From IMG/VR virus record IMGVR_UViG_3300033141_000684: a stretch of DNA of 20,000 nt; one strand, written 5' to 3'. This stretch comes from an uncultured virus (IMG/VR IMGVR_UViG_3300033141_000684) (Duplodnaviria > Heunggongvirae > Uroviricota > Caudoviricetes). The stretch's first letter is position 1, and the number at the start of each line of letters is the position of its first letter. Positions 13,726-20,000 of the stretch are shown one piece after another. The notes under the pieces are model-generated. The model worked only from the letters and a program-made list of their open reading frames with translations, searched no databases and was not told where the DNA came from. The position numbers and the translations under genes are program-made.

Positions 13726-14010
13726 ATGACCTATGAAGCGACGGTTCATCCGTCAATCAGCCAGATCGAGAATGAGTCGATGAAAAGCCGAGTGCGCAAG
13801 CGCAACTTCGTTGAGTCGCATCTGAAGATGCGACAGTGCTCGACCCCTGGCTGCACAAGCTGGCATAAGGCGAAATATGACAAGTGCTATCAGTGCAACG
13901 TGCCAGTGCGAGAGGCGCACTTCGCCAAACAGAAGTCCGACGCAGACGAGGTGCTTCAAGCGATGATCAACGTCGCTCGGCGTAAGGCTGAGATGAAAGG
14001 CCGGCGATGA
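13726..14010 (+). CDS. hypothetical protein with putative zinc finger
   Basis: CSTPGC...CYQC; ATG 13726 just after the upstream stop. Confidence 0.65.
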   Translation: MTYEATVHPSISQIENESMKSRVRKRNFVESHLKMRQCSTPGCTSWHKAKYDKCYQCNVPVREAHFAKQKSDADEVLQAMINVARRKAEMKGRR

Positions 14011-14291
14011 GCATGACATTCACCGACAAAGAGATCGACGCACTGCGAAAGGTCTATAGCCAATGGGTCGACGAGGTCTTCATGAAAAGCCAATGGGTCG
14101 ACGAGGTCTTCATGAAAGACTCCACCGGCTCGGCCGAAACGCACTCACTGCGCACGATCGCCTCGACGGCGATCACCAAGATCGCAGCAAGTCGTGAGCC
14201 GCTTGTCGAGCCAGACCCGAAAGAAGAGATCACGGTCACGATCACCTTCATAGGCGAAAAGCCGGAGGTGAAGACATGGTCAAGATCATAA
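14007..14291 (+). CDS. hypothetical protein with internal 10-aa duplication
   Basis: ATGA overlap with the upstream ORF; SQWVDEVFMK occurs twice. Confidence 0.65.
   Translation: MSMTFTDKEIDALRKVYSQWVDEVFMKSQWVDEVFMKDSTGSAETHSLRTIASTAITKIAASREPLVEPDPKEEITVTITFIGEKPEVKTWSRS
14058..14117 (+). repeat. perfect 30-bp tandem duplication
   Basis: AGCCAATGGGTCGACGAGGTCTTCATGAAA at 14058-14087 and 14088-14117. Confidence 0.97.
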
Positions 14292-14602
14292 GCCTGACCG
14301 CCCTGGCGATTGCGCTACTGTTCTCTGTCGCTTTTCAGAGCGGCTACAGTTCCGGCCGGGCTGATGGTTTGTCTGAGGCGCAAAAGAACCTCAAGCCGTA
14401 CTGGCAAGTCTGCCCTGAGCCGAACCCGACAAAGTACCTGGCCTCGAATTTGATCAAAGGCGACGAGCACGGCCTGAACAAATTCATCTCGACGCACGAG
14501 TATCGAAAACTTACCCTGAACCTGAAGAGAGAAAACGCAACATGTCAGAACGCACTCTACCGATCGAGGTCATTCAGCTCGGCGACTCAATCCGCCGAAT
14601 GA
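14276..14602 (+). CDS. membrane-anchored or exported hypothetical protein
   Basis: N-terminal hydrophobic segment IISLTALAIALLFSVAF; GGAGG RBS. Confidence 0.65.
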   Translation: MVKIISLTALAIALLFSVAFQSGYSSGRADGLSEAQKNLKPYWQVCPEPNPTKYLASNLIKGDEHGLNKFISTHEYRKLTLNLKRENATCQNALYRSRSFSSATQSAE

Positions 14603-14760
14603 TTAACGACTTCGAAGACCAGAACCCCGGCGTCACGATCGGGCAGATGACGCTCGAACACGAAGACCATCGCAACGCCGTTGACGACTACGACACGAAG
14701 CGCTGCGCCAGAGTCTTGTGTCACGCTGCCGTCGTGGCACTACCCTGCACGCCACAATGA
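14542..14760 (+). CDS. hypothetical protein (72 aa)
   Basis: Plausible composition; stop overlaps the next ATG (ATGA). Confidence 0.55.
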   Translation: MSERTLPIEVIQLGDSIRRMINDFEDQNPGVTIGQMTLEHEDHRNAVDDYDTKRCARVLCHAAVVALPCTPQ

Positions 14761-15062
14761 GCGCGCTCTTGATCGCTATCGCCTGCTTTTGCGTGGGCTT
14801 CGTGATCGGCTTCGGCCCGATCTTGTACTTCGTTTTCATCCGAGAGAAGCGCCCGCCGATGGACGAGTCGAATCGGATTAATCATCTGCGCCTGGTCTGG
14901 TTTGCTATTCGGCAGCCTGAAGAGTTCGTTGCGCTGTACTATGTGGCGAGCAAACAATTCTACGAAGGCGACAACGGCGAGATGGTCTCACGCTATGGCT
15001 ACGATCTGGCCTTCCCCTGGCTGACGCGAGACGAGGGCGAGAACGTCGAGGGGGCGATATGA
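14757..15062 (+). CDS. hypothetical membrane protein
   Basis: N-terminal TM helix ALLIAIACFCVGFVIGFGPILYFVFI; ATGA overlaps on both sides. Confidence 0.65.
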   Translation: MSALLIAIACFCVGFVIGFGPILYFVFIREKRPPMDESNRINHLRLVWFAIRQPEEFVALYYVASKQFYEGDNGEMVSRYGYDLAFPWLTRDEGENVEGAI

Positions 15063-15214
15063 GTCAACCATTCCGACCCCAGCTTCGACCAATCACCGCT
15101 TTTGTGAATTTGGTCAACGAAGAAGTCAAGCGAGAGGCTATGCTGAAGGCCCAACAACAAAAAGCGAAAAATGAACAGAAGACGAACCGACGGCCCGACG
15201 ACGAGCCGGCTTAA
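15059..15214 (+). CDS. small hypothetical protein (51 aa)
   Basis: Not in the ORF track: MSQPFRPQLRPITAFVNLVNEEVKREAMLKAQQQKAKNEQKTNRRPDDEPA; GAGGGG RBS and ATGA overlap. Confidence 0.55.
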   Translation: MSQPFRPQLRPITAFVNLVNEEVKREAMLKAQQQKAKNEQKTNRRPDDEPA

Positions 15215-15770
15215 AGAATACCTGCTAGGCGCGCTCTTGTTTCTGGCCTGCCTGGGCTGGGACACTGAAGCGCACGCCTTCGAGATATGCTGGCAGGCAT
15301 CGACCGAGAACGTCGACGGCTCCCCTGTCACCGGCATCTCGCACTTCGACGCTTACCTCAGAGCCGAGGGCGAGACGACCTGGCCGACCGATCCGTTCAT
15401 GCAGATCGACCAACAAGCAGACGGTTGCGAAGAGATCGTCGCATCGCCAGGCACCTACGAGGTCGCCTTGACGCAGACCGACCCCGAAGGCGACGAGAGC
15501 GGCTTCTCGAACATCGTGCGCAAAGTGCAGCCCGGCGAGAGCCTGCCGCCGGTTATCATCGGTAATCAGCTCACGGCGTACACTGTAGTCAAGCAGCCTG
15601 ACCGGTTCGTGCTTCTGCCGATCGGCGTCGTGCCTGCCGGCACGTCATGCGATCCGAACAACTCTGTCAACGGGCACGGCGCAGTACCAACCGAGGCCGT
15701 CATCTGGACATGCGAAGATGAGGCGACTTGCGCCCGCCCGGTTGTGGTTGTGGCTTTATGCGATGGCTGA
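15171..15770 (+). CDS. exported fibronectin type III-like protein
   Basis: Signal peptide (basic N-terminus, YLLGALLFLACLG, AHA cleavage site); WQASTENVDGSPV...PGTYEVALT..D.EG.ESGFSN FN3 pattern; Cys-containing C-terminal domain. Confidence 0.75.
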   Translation: MNRRRTDGPTTSRLKEYLLGALLFLACLGWDTEAHAFEICWQASTENVDGSPVTGISHFDAYLRAEGETTWPTDPFMQIDQQADGCEEIVASPGTYEVALTQTDPEGDESGFSNIVRKVQPGESLPPVIIGNQLTAYTVVKQPDRFVLLPIGVVPAGTSCDPNNSVNGHGAVPTEAVIWTCEDEATCARPVVVVALCDG

Positions 15771-15871
15771 TAGAATTCTTTGCTTGCATATACCACCGGC
15801 TTATAAGACTATTCTGCCGGCGACCTAACGCACCCGATTCGGTGCATCATGTAACTGCGAGGCTTGACACT

Positions 15872-16186
15872 ATGGCGAACGTCACCCTGAGCTGGCAACT
15901 CCCAACAACTCGACAGCAAGGCGGTCCGCTGCTTGAGTCGGAGATTTCAACGGTACGGGTCGAGATGTCTGCAGATGGCGGCGTGAATTACGGCACCTTG
16001 CAAGACATACGGCCGACCGATCCACAAACCGTCACCGCACCCGATCTTGAATTCGGCACCTGGCACTTCCGCATTGCCGTCTACGATCAGAACAATCAAC
16101 GGGGCGAGTATCACGTCGAAAGTGTAGACGTCGCTGACGACACGCCGCCGGCTGCTGTGACCAACGTCACCATCACGATCGACTGA
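15872..16186 (+). CDS. single fibronectin type III-like domain protein
   Basis: VTLSWQLPTTR..G.PL...DLEFGTWHFRIAVYD.N...G; GAGG RBS before ATG 15872; alternative start at 15758. Confidence 0.72.
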   Translation: MANVTLSWQLPTTRQQGGPLLESEISTVRVEMSADGGVNYGTLQDIRPTDPQTVTAPDLEFGTWHFRIAVYDQNNQRGEYHVESVDVADDTPPAAVTNVTITID

Positions 16187-16213
16187 TAACAATAACGCGA
16201 CACTGGGGAATCT

Positions 16214-16501
16214 ATGCTGCACCTCTTCGTTTTTCAGGCGGGCAACCGTACCGTCGGGGTCGAGGCTTACCATCGAGAGCAAGCCGAAGAGCTGGCCGGT
16301 ATGACCGATCTAATTTACTGCGCCTCGTTGCGCATTAACGGAGGCGAGTCGAAGGTCGTGTTCAGGGCTTACGCCAACGAGCGCACGAACGCCTACCCGT
16401 TCGAGGTGGACAGCGAAGGGCCAGACTTCTGCGCCTGCAGAAAGATGGGCCAGCCGAGGCAGGGCTGCAAGTCATACGGCCGAGGCGCATGCCGTGACTG
16501 A
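16214..16501 (+). CDS. hypothetical protein with Cys-rich C-terminus
   Basis: GGGG RBS; FCAC...GC...AC; overlaps the RusA-like gene start. Confidence 0.6.
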   Translation: MLHLFVFQAGNRTVGVEAYHREQAEELAGMTDLIYCASLRINGGESKVVFRAYANERTNAYPFEVDSEGPDFCACRKMGQPRQGCKSYGRGACRD

Positions 16502-16946
16502 GGCTGCACCCTGGCAAACACCGCCAGCTCAGAAGACGCGCCTCAACGATGTCGTCACCACGACGACCGAAATCGGCAACAAGATCAGGCACGAGATTCT
16601 GATCGACCCGGTCGCCAAGCCGAGGCAGACGCAGCGCGACAAGTGGAACCCGAGCAAGGCGGTCATTAAATATCGCGCCTATGCAGACAAGCTAAGGTCG
16701 ACCGGCCTGACTATTCCCGAAGCCGGCTATCACATTACCTTCATTCTGCCCATGCCGAAGAGCTGGGCGAAGAGCAAACGGGCTGCAAAGGATGGCGGCC
16801 CCCACCAACAAAGACCCGATAAGGACAATCTTGAGAAAGCAGTGCTCGACGCACTCTTCAAAGAAGACAGCCATGTCTGGGACGGCCGCGCAACTAAAAT
16901 CTGGGGCGAGGTCGGCAAGATAATAATCGAGTACGAGGTGCTGTAA
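16494..16946 (+). CDS. rusA: RusA-like Holliday junction resolvase
   Basis: PVAKPRQT, FILPMPKSW.K.KR, HQQRPDKDNLEKAVLDALF.EDSHVWD....KIWG (RusA D.DN..K...D motif). Confidence 0.88.
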   Translation: MTEAAPWQTPPAQKTRLNDVVTTTTEIGNKIRHEILIDPVAKPRQTQRDKWNPSKAVIKYRAYADKLRSTGLTIPEAGYHITFILPMPKSWAKSKRAAKDGGPHQQRPDKDNLEKAVLDALFKEDSHVWDGRATKIWGEVGKIIIEYEVL

Positions 16947-18571
16947 TGGCCGCAAACAAACCGTATGACGTCGAAGAGTTCATCGCCGTCTGGAACGATT
17001 TAACAAACTACCCTGAGCGCAGCGATGTCGCTGTTCATTTTGACGTCAGCCTGACGACCATCAAAAGGCGCGCCACCAAGATCAGGAAAGAGCTACCGAC
17101 CGCGCTGATCAATCGGCACAACGTCGTACAGAAGGCGGCCGTGCCGGCCAACAGCGGCAAGTTCGCGCCGCAAGTCGCGACAGAGATTCACGTCATCACC
17201 TGCGCACAGAACAACACCAACGCGCACCCGGCCTTCAAGACGCTTCAGCGCTATTGCAAAGACCGCAACGCCGAGCTGCATGTCGTCCCGCTCGCTTACA
17301 AGACGGCGACCCCTAGCACCGATCACAAGACCGACGCCCGCTGGTGGGATTCGGAATTTATGCCCTACCTCATGCAGCCGGGGCAGTCGCTTGAGATCGC
17401 GAACGGTCACGGCGTTATCATCGCAAACCAGATTCAGATGACCGCCGCGAACCCGGTGCAAGGATACGAGAGCATCGGCGGCGACAAGTGGGTCTTTCTG
17501 GGGCACCCTCAAGTGCAAATGCGCGTCACGCCGACCGCAGCCGGCAAGATTCCGAAGCTCGTCTACACGTCGGGCGCTATGACCGAGAAGAACTACCGCG
17601 AGGGCACCGCCGGGGCGAAGGGCGACTTTCATCACTCGATCTCGGCGACCGTCGTCGAGGTATGCGGCAATCAGATGCACGTCAGGCAGATCGGCGCTGA
17701 CTCGAAGAACGTCATATTCGACATCTGGGGCCAGTGGCAGTCGAGCAAGAGTCTGCCGCTAGATGGCGTTGCCGGCCTGGTGACTGGCGACGAGCACGAG
17801 TTCTTCTACTCGCCGACCGTGAAGGCGGCCACCTACGGCCCGAGCGGAATGGTGCAAACCCTGAAGGCGGCCAGCATCGTGCGACATGATGTTCTTGACT
17901 TCTGGAGTCGCAACCATCACCACGAAGGCGACCCGATCATCAACTTCGTCAAGCATCACTCGGGCACGAACAGCGTCGAGCGCGAGCTTGACCAGTGCGT
18001 CGCTCACCTTGACGAGACGAGCCCATTCGACAAGCCCTGGTTCGAAGAGAATATCATCGTCGCGAGCAATCACCCCGAGGCGCTCATGAAGTGGCTGCGC
18101 CGGGCTGACGTCAAGAACGACCCCGAGAACGCGCTGATCTATCATAGGCTCTGGACCGAACTTTATCAGGCTGCTCGCCTGGCCGACGCCGGCGCTGAGA
18201 CGCTCGACCCGTTCGAGTGGTATGTCAAAGAGATGAGCGAGAACGGTCACCGCTTTGTCGGCCGAGATGAAGAGCTAATGATCGCCGGCATCGACTGCGG
18301 CCAGCATGGCGACGTCGGGGCGAATGGCGCACGCGGCTCTGCGAAGGGCTTCGCGAAAGGCGCGAACAAGATGATCATCGGACACTCGCATACTCCCGCC
18401 ATCGAGAAGGGCGTCTATCAGGTCGGGCACGGCACCGACGGCATGAACTACGCACGCGGTCACTCTGGCTGGATGCAAACGAATGCGGTAATCTATCCGA
18501 ACGGCAAGCGCAGCTTGCTGCACGTTTTGCCTGGCATCGGCTGGGCTTCTGAAAACATGAGGGCACCGTGA
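16946..18571 (+). CDS. T5 A1-like protein: N-terminal HTH plus calcineurin-like metallophosphoesterase
   Basis: RSDVAVHFDVSLTTIKRR (HTH); ITCAQNNT, GHPQVQM, PKLVYTSGA.T..NY...AG.KG.FHH (recalled A1-family motifs); GDEH, HDVLD, SNH, HGD, GHSH metal-binding motifs. Confidence 0.78.
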   Translation: MAANKPYDVEEFIAVWNDLTNYPERSDVAVHFDVSLTTIKRRATKIRKELPTALINRHNVVQKAAVPANSGKFAPQVATEIHVITCAQNNTNAHPAFKTLQRYCKDRNAELHVVPLAYKTATPSTDHKTDARWWDSEFMPYLMQPGQSLEIANGHGVIIANQIQMTAANPVQGYESIGGDKWVFLGHPQVQMRVTPTAAGKIPKLVYTSGAMTEKNYREGTAGAKGDFHHSISATVVEVCGNQMHVRQIGADSKNVIFDIWGQWQSSKSLPLDGVAGLVTGDEHEFFYSPTVKAATYGPSGMVQTLKAASIVRHDVLDFWSRNHHHEGDPIINFVKHHSGTNSVERELDQCVAHLDETSPFDKPWFEENIIVASNHPEALMKWLRRADVKNDPENALIYHRLWTELYQAARLADAGAETLDPFEWYVKEMSENGHRFVGRDEELMIAGIDCGQHGDVGANGARGSAKGFAKGANKMIIGHSHTPAIEKGVYQVGHGTDGMNYARGHSGWMQTNAVIYPNGKRSLLHVLPGIGWASENMRAP

Positions 18572-18572
18572 C

Positions 18573-18956
18573 ATGGCAATCGACGACTTACCGACCGTTG
18601 ATAACCTGCCCAACGCTGACGAGCTAGGCTTCGATCTCGTTCGCGTGAGCGCAGCGACAACGATCTCATTCACCGCAACCAGCACCATCGCAGACAGCGC
18701 CAACGGCCTCGGCCGGCTACTGGTCGGCGAGAAGCTGGTCATCTCTGGGGCTGGGGCTGGCGCGAACGCCGGGCTCGCTGTCACCGTTGCGACAGTAGCG
18801 GCTGGCAGCATTACGGTCGAAGAGACGACCATCACGGGCCAAGCTGCAGGCGGCGCTGTCACACTGACACGCCAGTCTGAAAGCATGCCCGGCCTCGGGC
18901 ATCAACCGGCCTACGAGGGGCTAAACAGCGGCTCACCGCAGGACATTCGACGATGA
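18573..18956 (+). CDS. Ala/Thr/Gly-rich beta-strand protein, possibly virion-associated
   Basis: TISFTATSTIADSANGL...VGEKLVISGA..AN.G..VTVATVAAGSITV resembles small beta-barrel modules of phage structural proteins. Confidence 0.55.
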   Translation: MAIDDLPTVDNLPNADELGFDLVRVSAATTISFTATSTIADSANGLGRLLVGEKLVISGAGAGANAGLAVTVATVAAGSITVEETTITGQAAGGAVTLTRQSESMPGLGHQPAYEGLNSGSPQDIRR

Positions 18957-19183
18957 ATTACGCCGAGCTGCGAGACCCTGACGGTAAGGCGTACAAGTGC
19001 ACGATCTGCAACGTCGTCGCCGTGCTTGACGAGACGGTCGTCGAGAGCGTCGAGATCAAGAGCTTCGAGCGGCCGAACGGCGAGACCGTTGAACGTGAAA
19101 TCGAGCACCGCAAGCATACCCTGCAGTGCCCGAATGATGTTTGCGAGAAGACCTATGAGGTCTTCGACACGAGAACCCGTTAG
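18953..19183 (+). CDS. zinc-ribbon-like hypothetical protein
   Basis: CTIC...CPNDVC; ATGA overlap with the upstream ORF. Confidence 0.65.
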   Translation: MNYAELRDPDGKAYKCTICNVVAVLDETVVESVEIKSFERPNGETVEREIEHRKHTLQCPNDVCEKTYEVFDTRTR

Positions 19184-19560
19184 GGGTTGATCAACTCTTG
19201 CTCAGCTTCCCATTCGAGGGCCTCAAGATCGTCGTAAGCGACTGAGCCGTAGGCTGCCTGAGTGGGTTGCCAGTGAGTCAGCTCGATCACGCCTTTCGCT
19301 TTGACGGCATCGGCCAGTTTTTGCGCTTTCACGACTGCTTGATCGTCGTGCTGTCTGGCGCAGAATGGGCCGAAGCGATCGTCGTCATGCCAGACCAGCT
19401 CGTCGGCCAGAAAGCCTACCTCATGCACCCAACGAGAACCGTCTGCCGCCTCGGCTACGACTTCCCAGCGAATACCCTCGATGTCTCGACCCTCTTCGTC
19501 TCGACCGATGATTACGCCGAACTCTCGAACGAATGCGGCTACTATTGCGATAATTTCCAT
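19180..19560 (-). CDS. hypothetical phage protein (126 aa)
   Basis: AAGGCAGGA RBS and its own near-consensus promoter; converges on 18953..19183. Confidence 0.75.
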   Translation of the reverse strand: MEIIAIVAAFVREFGVIIGRDEEGRDIEGIRWEVVAEAADGSRWVHEVGFLADELVWHDDDRFGPFCARQHDDQAVVKAQKLADAVKAKGVIELTHWQPTQAAYGSVAYDDLEALEWEAEQELINP

Positions 19561-19590
19561 GATTTTCCTGCCTTGTTTGAGTGAAGCTAT

Positions 19591-19619
19591 ATAATAGCGT
19601 CAATGCCTTATTGTGTCAA
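19591..19619 (-). promoter_or_regulatory. near-consensus sigma70 promoter
   Basis: TTGACA-17 nt-TATTAT on the minus strand, ~30 nt upstream of ATG 19560. Confidence 0.8.
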
Positions 19620-19644
19620 TGACTTTTTTCGTGATCTCGATCAC

Positions 19645-19675
19645 AAAGCTGAGCCTCACTTGAGGCTCGCTTTTG
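19645..19675. terminator. putative intrinsic terminator hairpin, possibly bidirectional
   Basis: AAAGCT-GAGCCTCA-CT-TGAGGCTC-GCTTTT; short T-runs on both strands. Confidence 0.55.
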
Positions 19676-20000
19676 CTTCGTTCATTTTCTCGACCAGAGC
19701 CTCGACCTTCGCTGCGTCTTCGCCGAAGCGCGGTACTGGTGCAGGAAGTAGGGCACGTCGTTGTTGTAGCATGCGCTGCGGTGCTCGTCGCGCAGCTTGC
19801 TGAACTCGCGGTTCAGACCTTCGACGATGCGCTTGACGCTGGCCTTCGTGGGCTTGGCTGCCTTCTCAGCCTTCTCAGCGGCAGCCTGCTCTTCGAGGCG
19901 CTTGACTTCGAACAGCTCTTGACCGTGGCGGTTTGAGATCAGGCCGGCCAGATCGCGAGCGTGAGCGAAGAGGTGACGAGCTTCAGAGTGCAGGCCGAGC
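19656..20000 (-). CDS. 3' part of a hypothetical protein, apparently frameshifted near 19730
   Basis: Minus frame is open from the window edge (LGLHSEARHLF...NNDVPYFLHQYR) to TGA 19682-19684; a more protein-like tail (FGEDAAKVEALVEKMNEAKASLK, TGA 19656-19658) lies in another frame. Confidence 0.55.

Noticed and set aside
14058..14117. CRISPR-like repeat
   Set aside because: Two abutting copies with no spacer, in frame inside a coding sequence.

Overview
A 20-kb segment of a GC-rich tailed dsDNA phage or prophage, probably with a proteobacterial host; no integrase, capsid or terminase gene is visible. A leftward early operon (10178 to 331) carries a Sak4-like AAA ATPase, a DUF669-type SSB, a Cas4-like exonuclease, a RadD/YejH-like SF2 helicase, a SutA-like protein and a stand-alone DnaA domain IV. 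A rightward operon carries a Cro-like HTH, a Prim-Pol/AAA_25 primase-helicase, a probable origin with two IHF sites, many small ORFs (ASCH-like, two FN3-like), RusA and a T5 A1-like metallophosphoesterase. The standout is a three-gene, translationally coupled cassette between the SSB and Cas4-like genes: a 172-aa unknown ORF, a nuclease-less IS110/Nop-domain protein (TasA-like), and a Zn-finger/GIY-YIG nuclease. The first ~85 codons of the TasA-like gene are also a four-unit stem-loop TIGR-like guide array (6277-6529). The two spacers of unit 4 join into a sequence that fits tRNA positions 5-21. All family assignments come from motif recognition by eye, not database searches.
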